A stretch of 64,000 nt of DNA from Hydrolagus affinis (taxonomy: Eukaryota), in assembly GCA_012026655.1 (NCBI GenBank), contig JAAILG010000147.1, forward strand, positions 1-64,000, in the 5' to 3' direction. Both the position numbers and the translations under genes were made by a program. The notes under the pieces are model-generated. The model searched no databases. It saw only the letters and a list, made by a program, of their open reading frames with translations, and was not told where the DNA came from. Below are positions 36,716 to 50,977 of this stretch, one piece after another. Position 1 is the stretch's first letter. Every line of letters begins with the position of its first letter.

Positions 36716-37949
36716 CATAAGGTATAAGATCTGTTTCTTATACCTTAAGAGAAGTCCACAAATCTCTTTCCTTCCAGCTGCACACTACAGGTCTATTTCT
36801 CCCTCTTGTTGTTTGCTTCCTCCAAAGGTCTGGCTTTTTGGAGAAAAGAACTCCTACAGAATTCCTACCTCACACTGTAACCCTGCCAGTAATATACACA
36901 GTACCTTACATTGTAAAATACTGTAAGCGGTCAGATATCAATCAATGAGCTAGTTATTAATGGATCACAGTGACTGAAGGGCACCCACACCCTTCCTTCT
37001 TACAAGGAATGTTGGAATGAATTCCCTTCTCCTATTCTTCTTGGCTCTTACTCCCCCAGCCCTGTCATCTTGTCCGAGTACTGTAGAGTTGCCCTCTCCT
37101 GCTGAAGAAAATGATGTTCTGTGTTTTCAGAATGTAATTGACTGATGAACCAAGATAGCTGTCAAAATAAAGGACAAGTAGTGTGATGAATGAAATCCAA
37201 TAGGTTCCAATAACATACGTTTCAGCAGACCATGGTATTATATTTACTGGAGAGAGTCCTGCGGATCACTGGGTGCTGTGAGGAGCAAGTGGTTTATTAC
37301 ATATAGAACTGTCTTAAATTTAAACATGTGATGGTTTGTTTTTCTTAGCTTGCAAAAAGGCAACTTCTGCTCTTCCATCTAAAGCCTGGAGTTCTTAATC
37401 TGGAAGAATCTGAACTTCTGACTAGTCGAATGTCATCTGTTAAAACTCACTTCAACTGACAGTCCCAATCAATGAACAGCAGATGAATTCATTAATTAAT
37501 CGTTCCACACTGATAATTCCACTTTTGGATACCTGGCAATGAAAAGGAAAGATAAAGAGTGTTGTCACTCTTACTGAAGTGATCCTACCGGGCAATGTGT
37601 CCATATGAATAATTTAAGTCTCTTACCTTGTAGTTTGACTGTGTACTTTTATCTGTTATGGTTTGGCTTATTCTAATAATTATGTGAACGAAATCTTAAA
37701 GAAAAGCTTTCCATTATCATTCGATTCTGCTGGAGAAATGGGCAGTTTGGGAGCTTTGCGGACTATTTACATTCCAGCGATTGTATTAAGAGGGATTGGA
37801 TTTTATCCACAATACAACCTAATTCTGAATGTTAAAGAGACCCATATGCTTACTGCTATGTCTGTTATCCCTCATCCGTACATTTTACATTTAGATTACA
37901 AACATTGGCATGATATTTTTAACCGTCTTTCTAGGATTTCTTTTGTTAG

Positions 37950-38027
37950 AACTGTGATACACTGAAGCTCATCATTCTGCCCCGAAGCCGAGGCATTTTG
38001 TAAAGATCTGTATGCATGTGAAGCAGG
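37950..38027 (+). other. Candidate 78-nt cassette or non-coding exon
   Basis: Acceptor TTTCTTTTGTTAG, donor AGG|GTAAGA; all three frames contain stops. Confidence 0.25.
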
Positions 38028-40124
38028 GTAAGAATTGCTGACAGTTACACAAAAATCTAATGAGCAGCACACACAGGTTGACTGCTGGGTGCACAGAAAT
38101 TCCTAATTCTGCGGACTGAGAACCCAAATTAATTTTCAGCTTGTGTCCTAAGAGGTTGAAAAAAAAACTAAGTTACAGAAATAAAATTAATCAAAAGTCT
38201 CCTCTTTAATGTAATCCTAACTACTAAAAATATGTACAAAACCACATTTTACGTTCAAATAAGGGGTTCCGCTATTAACTTTTACTTCTTATTTTGTTAA
38301 CTGCTTAGACCCCAATTCCCATTGCTCAGAGATGATGTGATCAAGATAAAAACAAGAGCTTAATAACCATTAGACTGTTGCTGTAATGCCATTTATTTAA
38401 CTGTTTTTAATTTAATGTGTGACTCGGAATACAAAAGTATGTCTCTATCGTGTACTCAGATTCTATATCCCAACTTAGTCCCAGAAATGCCTGTCATTCT
38501 GCTTAGTGTTACTTGGGTGAGTATATTGATGATCCAGTTCTGACAACTACATCTACTCTGGTTGGCATTTCAGAAGGAAAACTGAACTGAATTTCATTCA
38601 CATAGTTTGGAGCTTCCCTTGATTAGATGTTGTACAGGATCAATGGACCATGACACACGTTTGGGAAAGTTGTACAATGAATATTATGACTGAAGGCATG
38701 AGAGATGCCAACTAAACCAACCCTTCCATCATCAGCACTGTTCTTTCTGATCTTGATCATTGACAAGAATCCTATCCTTGGGTATTAGAAGCTTCAGATT
38801 TAGGTGGAAAGGTAGGTAAGGAGCTCCACAATTTTGTAGTACTAATTTTGTAGAAAAGTATGAATAGGGTGTGGTTCATGAAGTGTGATAATGAAGGGAG
38901 GAGAGTATTTAGGGAATTTGCGATGCACAGTACTAACCTTAGCAAATATTGCAAAATGAAAAAGTAGGCAGATTGAGCAGATCCTGGGGAGCTGAGATGA
39001 AACCATATTCACCCAAATGTACCAAGAAACAGCATAAAAGTGTTTAATAGAGGCACAATAAGGCTTGATGAATGGCTTGATAGCCCTAATCTGAGAAGCA
39101 AATCTGAACCCCTGTCCTAAATCTAGCATTATGCCATGAACTGACTGGTCTGAATTGTACAACAAGATCGTCTTATAAGTTAAGCGTCTAATATCCAGAT
39201 TTCAATCCCCCTTAGGATCAAGGCAGCAGGTTTGTCATTTGCATTCAATCATAGTGGCCTGGTTTAAACTGCATCATTGCACCTGAATCTCCTTCTGTAA
39301 GGAATGTGTTTTAATTGAAAAGATGGCAGGGTGGAAGGAATTGTCAACTGGGGATTTGATGAGCAAGGTCAAATTTTTTTTGTGTGTGTGTGTGCGCGCA
39401 GTAAGAAAAGCGTGCAGCCAATGTGTGATTGTTAAATGCTGCATGAAGGACATGCATGCTCAAGCACCCTTGTAGCGTGTGTAACATTTCCCAGCGTGAT
39501 TCTTGAACACAATTTTGAGACAGGCTGGGTATTAATGGTGCCATGTGTGGTGATCCTCGAGGTATTGATACCAAAGGAAAAAATCTCTCAAACTTGACAG
39601 ATGCAAGCGCTGGATGCTGTCATTTCATTTTGATACATAGCAACAAGCAGTTTGCTAATGGTGTTTCGATGTTTGTATATATGTGTGTGTGTGTGTATGT
39701 CCCTGCTTCTTTTGTGATGGGGAATCGTACCAGTGATGGTTGGTGTAGCTTTTTACTGATGTGTATCAACAACACAGAAAACCTCAATTCTTTTTCCTCA
39801 TGCCAACAGTGTTCATCAGTGGTCCTTTAACAGTTACTACCACGGGGAATAGTGAGAAACTTTGCTGCTCACTCCACACTGTGTCTTATCCCCAGAAGAC
39901 CATTTGCTTGCAGCTCCGTGGTACACTGTCATATGTTGCACGATGTTCAAGAGATTTGTTGAGCAATTTAGCAAAATGCTGTTTCTGCTGCGCTTAAGTT
40001 ACAAAACTTAACTCGAGAAGTAAACAAACAATCAACCTTTCTGTTGTGAAAAGCTTTTGCTTTCTCATCCCTCATGTTTGAAGAATTATTACCATTTCAA
40101 AGGGCTTCACAGATTGAACAGAAC

Positions 40125-40575
40125 AGTCAATCCACTTTACAGTATATCCTGTGAACCGCTTTGAGACTTCTTGATGACGTAAGCAACAACAAAATGACAT
40201 TTGTATAGCACCATTCATGTTGGGAGGATGTCCCAACATTCTGGACAATCAGTGTTTCAGACCTGAGCTGGGGGTCGGGATCAGGGAGGGTGGAGGGCAG
40301 AAGGGAAGTAGGGTGATCGAAGACATGATCAAAGACAAGGGTCTTGAAATGGGTCTTGAAGTAGGTAAGGGAGAGGGTAAAGCGGAGAGACTACAGGATA
40401 GAGTTCCCAAGAATGGGGGCAGAGTGGCTGAAGGCCCACCCGCTGATGGTAGGGCAGGGGACTTGAAGTCGGCCGGAGCCTGCTGAGTGAAGGGAGCAAG
40501 CAGGTTGGTAGGAGGTTAGGAGGTCGCAGATGGGAAGCCAGTGGAGTTGCGCTATCAAATGCAAGTATTATTATT
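40125..40575 (+). mobile_element. SINE 3' tail split by an antisense L2 fragment (L2 about 40182-40548)
   Basis: SINE tail ...GCTTTGAGACTTCTTGATGACGTAAG, then L2 (CAACAACAAAATGACATTT...), then the SINE resumes GCGCTATCAAATGCAAGTATTATTATT. Confidence 0.85.
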
Positions 40576-41199
40576 AACTGTGAAGTTTAGTGACTGTGTA
40601 GTTATAGGCAAACACATCAGCCAATTTATCTTGTGCCCATCACTGATCCACAAAGTACCATGAAGTGAACAACCAATTTCATCTGGAATGAACTGGAGAA
40701 TCACAGTTCTCTCCTGTGTAGTTGGAACTGGTGACAGATTTTTATCTGAGGACTTTTCATACAGATGAAAGATATTAAATCCTGGTTCAAAAGCATGTTA
40801 ATAGCATCATCAACACATTTAATGATCAAAGATGTGATATGATAGGGCGTCTTTGGTTAATCTTGTCCATCATGGTCATTAGTTATTAGTTTAATTGCGG
40901 TTTTTCACTTGGCTGACAATGCATAACTCCTACAATTTAACACACTGTGTTGAATGTAAATTAGGGAGTAATAACATAAAGTACATTTCTTATTAAGCTC
41001 TAATAGTGTAATCTTACTGCTGCACATCGTCTGATTGAGACATGTGCTGTAGTTAGATGAATGCTGTACTGTGTATTTATCCCCCCCATGTACAATACTT
41101 GAGCACTGGAACCTTGCATTGATCCAGTTACAGGACCTGAATTGATTAAGTGAGGGATCTCCTTTCAGCATGACTACTCTGCAGTGCTGGTGTTAAGGC

Positions 41200-41375
41200 T
41201 CCCCCTGATGGTTCATTGACTTTATCCAGTGAGTAGGTGCACCAGACACACTGCGAAGATGCCAGGTTCAATCTGTGCTAACTTAATGGGTCTCGATTAG
41301 AGCCTCACTAGACAGTAATTTGCTTCAGCGATCCACAAATTGCAAAAGGAATAAATTTAATCCAGGGTTCTTGTG
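41200..41375 (+). mobile_element. Old SINE, second family
   Basis: CCCCTGATGGTTCA...CCAGGTTCAATCTGTGCTAA...CCAGGGTTC, similar to 1985-2200. Confidence 0.4.
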
Positions 41376-42249
41376 TGTTTGGGCACGAGACAAGGACATC
41401 ATTGCCGCTTCTGCTTATCGTTGAGGTTTGCACATGAATATTGACAATTAGAATAAAGTACCTTAGTGTGATCAGCACCCATAGAATCATCCTTGTGACA
41501 ATGAAATGTCAGTACGTACTATAGTTAGAGGGACCATCAACTATGGCAAGATACAACATCACGCCAATAATGTGGGCGTATTGTTAGTTATCTACCCCAC
41601 TAGGAAGAGACTAACACCTGGGATTGGCAGGTGATTTGCCAATAAATAGGCACAAAATATCTATAATCTGGTAGGAAACATCAGGGAATCCACTTTGCTC
41701 TGAAGCTCCAAGAAGAACTGCGATAGAATTAAATTTAGGAAGCAGATACATATAATGGATACAAATGGCTGTGTTATTTTGAGGTGCCTTCAATTTGGGA
41801 TTAAGATAGAGAATCTAATTTGTAATGCACAATGAAATGTCACCAGTGTGAGAGGAAGTGTGATACAGTGCTACTCAAACTGCTACATGAGCAATGGCCA
41901 AATGGAAAAGAGATCTAGGGGTGAAAAATGTCATCATGTTGCATTTTTCTCTGAGAAGGGAATAAATGGGTGTTTGACATTCTAAACTTAATCTTTTCCT
42001 TAATTATTGCCTGTGTCCATTGGCTGCCACATATATCTACGAATAAACCATCACTACACTTTCCAGTAAAATCCTCTACAATGATCTGAACTGTCTTCTC
42101 CACACAAAAGGCACTTTGTACAAAGGCTATTATTATTTCAATTTTGACCCCTGAATGCTAAACTCCCCAAACTGTGTCCCACAAACAGGCAGAATCTCCT
42201 TTTTCTTGTTAAAAGGGGGATAGTATCCTCAATGACCACCTGAAAAGGC

Positions 42250-42430
42250 AGTTAGCACTGGTTTGATGCCGCAGCTGAAGGATGTTGACAATGTTGAAGG
42301 ATGTTGACAATGTTGCACTCCCCTAGAATTACATTGGCTTGTCAGCCGAGACTATGAACTCTAAGTCCCAATGTGGGGCTTGAACCCACAACCTTGGTTA
42401 TCTGAGATGGGAACTTTATCAATTGAGCTC
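42250..42430 (-). mobile_element. Old DeuSINE 5' half (SacSINE1-like head)
   Basis: Minus strand AAGGTTGTGGGTTCAAGCCCCAC (B box)...GGCTGACA...GGGAGTGCAACATTGTC; contains a 19-bp tandem duplication TGAAGGATGTTGACAATGT. Confidence 0.6.
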
Positions 42431-42459
42431 AATTTACACCTTTTAATTGGTTTCATCCT

Positions 42460-42627
42460 TACCATCCTGCCCGCCCCCTCCATTCAGCAGGCTCCAGTCT
42501 GCTCCACGTCTCCTGCCCGACCCTGCCCCTCCCCAATATTCGTTTCCCGACCCCTGACTGTTCAGCGCCTTAGGACGTCCTCCCAACGTGAAGGAAGCTC
42601 TATAAATGTGATTTTGTTGTTGTTGTT
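42460..42627 (+). mobile_element. L2 3' fragment with internal deletion
   Basis: CAGCGCCTTAGGACGTCCTCCCAACGTGAAGGAAGCTCTATAAATGTGATTTTGTTGTTG. Confidence 0.85.
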
Positions 42628-45164
42628 ATTCACCTCTTGTAGGTTATTCACGACTATGGAATGTTTTGATATTGGGCATAATTCAGAAACTGAAAAAGTC
42701 TGTTCTACACAGTGACCAATAAGTCATGTTATTAACCAACACACTGTTAACTGATGAAGAGGCCAGCTTACAGAACTAACCACAAAGCCTAATAATTTAA
42801 TGAGGAATAAAAAAAAGCTAATGGAAACTTTTACTATCACACTGTACTCCATCTGGAGGGAAGAAAAGTAATAATTGGAAGTCTCATTTGAATCTTCCAA
42901 CCCATTTATTTTTAATGATGGATTTTAATAAAATTTATGGTAAAATCAATGGGAGTTTTTGCAGGATGAAATTAATGGCAAGCAAAGCCCTACAGAGTAT
43001 AAAGAGCTTTCAGGGATAAAGCAACCCATAAAGAAGAATCACATTTATGTAACTTAGGTAAGCTGTGATTTTCTGTGAAGATAGCGTTTCATTTAAAATT
43101 CGAAGTAATGAGCTCATGTAATATATCTTATCCGGTTTACAATAAGTAAACAGCCCGAAACTAATGTTTCCCTTTAAGCAAAACTATTTGGGACTGTATA
43201 CATCTTATAATTAGCCTCAAAGTCAGAACTTTGTATTCTAGCTAGCCTCATCTGCTCAAGGGCTGCACCATTCAATGTCAGAGCCCATCTGTACAGTCTG
43301 GATACAAGCAATGATTTGCTACTGTCTTTAGTGTTTTTCTTATTCTGTTCTCCTCTGTAGACTCCTTGTGGTGCACTGCTGCACCACAAGGTGCAGTGAA
43401 GACATAGCCTGCTAACCTATTTCACCGTAGCCGTAGCTACTCTCCTGCTGCCTTGGTAATCACCATTGTATAATGTGACGATATTTTTGACATTTAGTCA
43501 AACAAAGATAACCCACATAGTTTTATTGCTGTTCTCTCTTTAATCGTATCCTCTTTATTGTGTGACTTGTCTTGCTATCTCTCCAACAGTGTGCATTTGC
43601 TTTACATTTCTTTACATAAAACAGGGCCAAAGGTATATATATATATTCAATACCTATCTGGGAGGTTTACAAAATCTAGTCTTATTTTATTTTATTAATA
43701 TTTCCTCCTGGTTTGCATGGGAGGGGAATTCTACAACTTTTTTTTTGCTGATCCGTGTTCACTTTTGTGCTCCACAACAAGCAAGATTTGCTTCAAGGGT
43801 TTACCACAAAGGCACAGATCTGTTCAAACGTAATTTTTGAAAAATGCCATACAAATGCAAAGCAACAAATCACTTCACATCTGCATGGGATGGAAATACC
43901 TTCACATAAGGTGTAAATCTGTTAAATTATGAACAGTGTGAGATGCAATTAGTCTGATGGGAGAAAATTGCGTTGAGATAATGGACTGGGTCTTGTTCTT
44001 ATTAATAAGGAAATCGCTGCTTGCAATAAGTGAACCATTTCTCGGGTTTCCAAAGCCATTTGTTGAGTAAAGCTTCATCAGTGTTACCTACAGCTATGAA
44101 TGGAATATACACTCAAGATGTATTTACTTGAGGGTTGTAGCAGGAGCGAAGAAGATGTTCAAATAAGTCAAAGCGATTTTAATGTGGAGATTTCGTTCTG
44201 AGATATTTCATATTTGGAGGTTATGAAGCGAGCAATTACATGGTGTAGCATGAGGTGTAAGTCAGCATATATCCAGCTTCTGAAGATTTTGTGAAATTGA
44301 ACAAATCAACAGAATGAGGGGCAAAATCATGCGATTATTAAAATAAGTTAGAATTGATTATTGGTGTACCAAACAATGAGTCAAACAGCCAACATCGGTA
44401 CAGTTAAGCTTTTGTATGGTTTTAATGTTATAACCCCCACTTCCCCCCCACCAACCCCAACTCAGATCTCAGTCAGTGCTTTGTGCCGCACTTTGAGACA
44501 TCCATCCAATGTGAAAGGTTCCATATATATGTAAATTGTATTGTAAGAACTCAGGATAAGAAATGGTTGAGTCCCCGGGGTGAAATCGCACCGTCTATTG
44601 CTCCGATCAAAGCCCTTGTTATTAATAAATGGATTTTCTTCAATGATTTTAACAATAATTGGTGCAGGGAATATCTTTAGCACAGCACTGTATTCAGAAA
44701 TATTTGTGTTGCAAGCTATTAAATCCTTTCACATCAAAAGGAAAGAGTTTGTCATAGTGACGAGGCATCCACGAAGCTGGTGGTTTGTCTGGGCGAATTG
44801 TAGACATTATTTCTGTTATCCTGGTTCATGAGGAGATTGGAATCTCCAACCAGTGTGTGTTGGCTTGTTTTAAAGTCTGTTGGTACAGCATGATATGAGG
44901 TTCCAGTGGGATCTGTGGTGCATTCATCTTCTGTCTCGGTGGCTGTGAATCCATTTCGAGCTGATCTCAGGAGACTAGGCACACTGCTAGTTTGGTTTCA
45001 GATACGGTCGTGTTCTCTTCCCTGTGTGGTTACTTTATGTGTATTTTGTGTACAGGAAGACTAGTGATTTTCTTTTATCTTGAAGTACTCTTTTGTGGGT
45101 TGAAATGGACGATACTGGAAAGTATCAGTTACTGGATACTGAATCATGGCTGTTTGTGGGGAAA

Positions 45165-45308
45165 ATGTTCTGTGCAAATTGCCAGTCATGTTTGCATACA
45201 AAACACAGTCACTACACTTTACAGTATATCCTTACAGTATAAAACATTTTCAGAGATCCTGACCAATGTAAAAAATGTTATTTGAAATGTAAGGATTCTT
45301 ATTATTAT
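45165..45308 (+). mobile_element. DeuSINE 3' fragment
   Basis: CTGTGCAAATTGCCAG...CACAGTCACTACACTTTACAGTATA...AAATGTAAGGATT. Confidence 0.65.
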
Positions 45309-48300
45309 CAGAAATCAAAGTATTCTAAAGCCATCAGACAGAAGATGAACAGATGAGCATTGGAAGGCCAGATGTCCCCAAATCCTTGTCAAGAGTTTAA
45401 AGTGGAGGAGAATACTGTATTGGGTACATCTGCTTCTTTACTCCATCAAACTCCTCAGTTGATGGAGTTGGTTTTTTTTAATATATGAGACTTTGTGTTG
45501 ACCGTAACCCAGTTACTCCAACAGTGTAGTTCTGGGATATAAATTGGATTCTTCGTAATGTATTCTCTTACCCTGGCTAAATTGATGGGTCACCTCCCGA
45601 AGGATTTTGTGAATAATGAGTTTTGCAGAGTTTAATAATTTCAAATAGTTAAAAAAAATGAATAAAGCAGGGCTCTTTTAAACGACTAGTTCAGACACAA
45701 GCACACTGATACCCCTACTAATGGGCACTGACCCTTTGTGGATATGATTAGCTTTCAGTGCTTCTATACAGCAATAGATGGAGTTTGCTCTAAATAGCTA
45801 TAATTGATGATTCCTGCATCTGACATTCCTCTGTATGATTCGGTTGTTGAATACCTGTTATTTAAATCTCCACCTCGTTCTTTACAATTTTCCTATAGTA
45901 CACGTATTAGTCTAATCCATAAGTCTGTGGGGGAACCAATTCTAATACTGTCAGTCAGCAAATCTTATAACCAGAGGGGGAAAAAATATATCCAGTATAT
46001 TCTCACTCACACTGCCTTGTGCCTGTCTAATATAGCATTTCCATTTTCCACTCTGTTTTGTCCAAGAAGGCCAAATGGTGTCAAAACTGCAGACATCATT
46101 TTTTTTTTAAAAAATTTTGCTGACTGGTGCCCTTTTTCCATAGACTTAACCTAATTGTTCAACCTATGAAAATGGATTATTTGCAGTTTCAAGATATGTC
46201 AATGAAAATAGAACGCGAGAAGCAAAAACATGTGAAAATTGATGGTATTCATTCGTCACGCTCCACTTCTGAAAAAGAGTCCAGACGACCCTCTCTTCAC
46301 CTCTGATCCAATTATAACTGAGAAAAGAAACTGATCAATTAGTTAACAAGACCAGAAAATTTGATTACTGCATTATCTGTTAATTAAAGGTCACTCACCT
46401 CTTTCATTCCTTTCTGCTACCTGATTTTCATTTCCAACTCTAACACTTTCAACTGGAGGTGATTATTAAATATGGCAGTTTTTTTATATTGCTGGAGGTG
46501 ATCTGGTAGCATGAGAGATTGGGGGAACATCTGGATTTCTGCATTAAGGAGCAGAGAGGAAAAGGGAGAGGCAGGTCAAATGTTATGCTCAGAAAAAGAC
46601 TGCAACATCGTCCAACATATATTAATGGTTAATCACTTTTCTATCTTGATTTCTGAGTCCATTTGCATCTAAGTTTGACTCAGTATCTAGTCTTTCTGTA
46701 TACGCTGTGGTAAGTGTGTGTATATCTCTTTCTTTGTCTCCCACTGACTTCTGTTTCTCCATTAATTTGCTTCCAGTATCTGCACAGCTCATTGTTCTGT
46801 CACATACACAAGTTCCTTCAGCTTGGAGAACAATGTCTTTCGCTAAATAGTAAAAAGATAATTCAATTTAATTACTTTCTATTTTTAAATACGATCCACC
46901 TTCCTCATTGTTTTGGGCAAAAGAATGATCTACAATTTGTAACTTATTTCTAACGTTGGAAATTTTTAATTTGTAAATTCATTTCTAATTTTAATTTTAA
47001 TTTCCTGATTCTGCCACACAGCCTATCAGTAACAATATTAAATTAATGGCATTAGTGTTAATGGTATAATAACAGGCTTCCAGCTTCATGTTAATTGCAT
47101 TTTATTCGTTTTTAATACTGCAGGCACGTAAACCCCATTGAGAGCTCCATTCGCGGTCCTGCCCTACTTTTCCACTTCTATTTCATCTGCAAAGCCATTT
47201 GTTGAATTTCCATTGATGTTCTTATTCTTCAATTAAATAGTAGTTCCTTAAAGGAGCTGAAGGACAAGTCTCATTACCTATGAATTACTTGGTCTGTGTC
47301 AAAACTTCAATGTCTTCTGGACAAAATCAAAACTTCATGCAACATTTTACTGCGAAGATCAAAAAAGCAAAGGCATCTCTGTATAAGCCTAACCTTTGCA
47401 CCAGTTATTGCTATTTTGCTCTCTGTTATTCCTTTCAACCTGCACCTTGCAGGCCTCAGTAAAAATAAAGGAATCCATTTTGACAGATATCTCCCCTAAT
47501 ATTTCATAAAGTGATGAGAAAGTTTAGTGATTGCTCAATTACCATTTGGATGTAAAGTTATTTTCTTGAATGTTACAAATATTTTTCTGTTCAGTTGTCT
47601 ACTTACTTAACTCATACAAACCTCACGTTAAATTGCACATTTTGTTTCCAGGAAAAAGTTATTGATTCTGTATATTTATGTTTTTAAAATATATATATAT
47701 TTTTGTTGCCTAAGATAAAATGCTGTTGATTGTTGATCTGCTTTCTGAGAGATAAACAGAACTAACTGACTGAGAGATGAATGGTTTTCAATTTGTTTGC
47801 AAACTTGCCTCCAATGCACCATTTGTTGGCTATGGTGCTGCAAAAATTGGGGGATTTGCTTAATGAAGGGAAAATAGGCCTTTTCTCCCCCCCACCTAAA
47901 AAAAATAAAAGGGCCAGCTGTAATTAGTATTCACCTCTCTTTACCTTGGCTTCTCTTTGTTCAGATGGAAAGGGAGCAGTGTTAGCCCTGTCTGAGATGC
48001 AAAATGACCTGTAAACTCTAATTCTGTGAGAATAAAAAGCTTCACAATAATAACCAGAGGACCATCTGGGCTGTATTGAACAACCATTTGTCACAGGATT
48101 CTGTATGAGCAGGAGCGAGCGTCGCTGCAGAATGTGCCATCAATATGCATCAATTCCTTGTTAAGCCTTAAGATCAACATGATGACATTTAGGATTCTTT
48201 TTTGTTCCCTTCCATCATGTTTTTTTTTCTTTTTTAGGCTCCTTTTGTAGATTCTTTTTTATTCCTTTTCGGCTCTTAATTCCTCATTTCTAAGTTTTGA

Positions 48301-49687
48301 TGCAGCCCCAAGTGTGTGTTTGACACCCTCACTTTTCTGTCCCATTCTGTGCTGAATGCTTTGTGTTTTCATTTGAAATCTCACTTCCAGTTTCTACGAA
48401 ATGCCCGCAGTGGAGACTGCTTACTTTAAGCCCACTTCTCTTCCCCTCGAAACATCAATTAATGGGGAGAGGGAGGAAAACGCATTCATTCGTTTCAAAT
48501 TTGTTTTTCTGGAGACAATGTAGTTCAGAGGGGGGCTTGGAATCTAACCTATTGAGAGGCTTTCTGTGGATCAGTTCTAAATCCTGAAATTAGCATTGAG
48601 ATAAGATGGCATTCACCTTATTTGTTCATTTAGTTTTCACTCTCATACCAGCCTTATCCTTGCAAACAGAAGCTGAATTAGCAACTGAAAAATACATCCC
48701 ACCAGTTCCTGTGAGGTGCTGTGAGTATCAGGACTACACTCTATTAACCACACTATGTGCTTTAATCATTGCCACTGGATTAAACGTGGACTTTCTGCTG
48801 CGACAGAACCTGATGTGTTTAGCAATATAAAAAGCGTATCGGCCACCAGCCTACATGCCGCCGCACTCATCTCCTCTTGTTCTTTTAAAGTGCTTTTTCA
48901 AAAACAACAGGCGAGTGCAAATTTTTCTTTCTCCAACAAAGGAATATCTAGCCATCTGCAAGATTATATATGTGGAGGAGTCACGGTAGCGAGATTCGAA
49001 GAATTCACACTATTTTCTTAGCATTTCAGTGTCTGGCAAAATCTGCCACCCAAAAATTCAATTCAGTCTTAACTTTGTAGTTGCTTTTCTCTAGATTTTT
49101 TGTGAAAGAAATAGCAGAAAACCAACTACAAAAGGCTTATGCTTTAGTTATGGGATGGCCAGACACCTTTTCATTGCCAGTGGAAACAGACTCGAGGAAG
49201 CTTTCCCACGACACCAGTTGAAAACATTTTTCTTGGCTCTTGTTTGATTCCGTGTAAAATGAATCTCTCACTTGCCAAAGAAAAGTGTGATTGGAACATT
49301 CTGATTACAGGACAATTCATCCTGAAATAACACTACAGATGTTCTCTGCATTCTACATGCAATGGGAAGGGTGTTCTACTGTAAATATTCTTAGATACTT
49401 TATAGAAATTTTAAAATTAATATAGACTTCCTAGATTTGACGGTAATTGATGAGTTGGCACTGAGATGCTATATTTGTTGAGTAGATTTGACCAAATGAG
49501 TTTTATTGTCTTCATTGTACTCTATGAAGATGTGAAGATAGCCTATTGAATCTTTTACTGTCTCTAAACTGACAAACGAGAGTAGCCTCATCTTCCCCTT
49601 TCAAAACATTGGCAAAGAGATATGATTTAATTTTCCGCCATCCATGTGGCAATTCTTATACGCTTCACACTGCCCCACAGACACTCT

Positions 49688-49800
49688 CTGTGCAAATTGG
49701 CTGTTGTTTGCCTACAAAATACACTGAACATCCTGTGAAGTGCTTTGTGATTTTGTCCTGATGTCAAAGGCACAATATCAAATGTAAAGGTTAGTTATTT
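49688..49800 (+). mobile_element. DeuSINE 3' fragment
   Basis: CTGTGCAAATTGGCTG...CTGTGAAGTGCTTTG...GGCACAATATCAAATG. Confidence 0.6.
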
Positions 49801-50977
49801 CATGCACCATGAACATGTACCCATCTTTGTGTAACTTTTGTTGATATGAATCGCGTTCCACATTAGCGTAGTGCAAGGCATGCTACTCGACATGTATCAA
49901 CAACAACAACTTGCATTTACATCCACGTGTTGGTGCGCCAGAGTTCTTCACATACACACTGGGACCCAAACATTGCCATAGCTGCTGCCCATTTTTGTGC
50001 ATATGCTATACAGCCTTTATTCACCTAGAACAGGTAATATACCAAAGCCATGCATTGAACATATGGTGACGTCTAACTCTAAACTGCCCTCATATGTTGC
50101 TGCCTCACAATAAGCAATCGCATCCTTCCCCTGAGACACCAGAATGCACAATAACACTTACAAAAAGTGCACAATTATTTTATTTGCGATTGTATTACCT
50201 AGAGAGCGAATAGTCTACATTTGGAGGGTATATAATTCTCCTCTGCTCAGGAGAAAGCTGAGTCTGAACAAACTTGTTCTGGATTTATCAGACCTCGGTC
50301 AACGGTAACCTTCAGAGCAGTCTCATCTCTAAACACTGACATTTAAATCTTCACTGCTGACCGAGTGGCATTCTCGGTAATAGCAAACAAAAAGCTGGAG
50401 ACCTGGCCAAACTTACTAAAATTTACAATAAGGATTCTTCAAAAAATCCTGGGGTTAAGGGTTTCGAGTTTGAAGTATTATCATTATGTCATCACATATT
50501 ATATTTTTCAGCCTATATAGCTGTATTTTTATTCCACATTTTACCAGGGAGAATTTTCTGCTTCCATAAGATTATATATATATTTTTTTAAATCTGTGTC
50601 ATTACTGTAGACGGCATTTCGTATTTTGGGTTAAGCAGTGCACACTGATGTCTTTGCTGAGGAAACTTGCTGAGAGTACCATTCAATTATACACTACATG
50701 AAGATAGAGAAATGATCAATGACCGACTGGTACCTTCAGGTCTAGACAGAAAGTATAACGAGTTTTGCAAAGATATGGCCAATTGAGCATAAAGTTCAAT
50801 GGCTTTGGCAAGAAACTTTAACCAACTAACTTGAGCCGAAATACAATGAAATATATATATATATTTATGAATATATATGTTGTAACATCAATCCCAAAAC
50901 AAAATACAATATTACCATTTACATTATCAAAAGATACCACTCCTTTTTCCATGGCATATTTTGTTTTCCTCTCACAG

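Noticed and set aside
42751-42780. CTGATGA hits as intact hammerhead ribozymes (also 5971, 16831, 37142)
   Set aside because: None is followed by a stem II and GAAA with closing helices.
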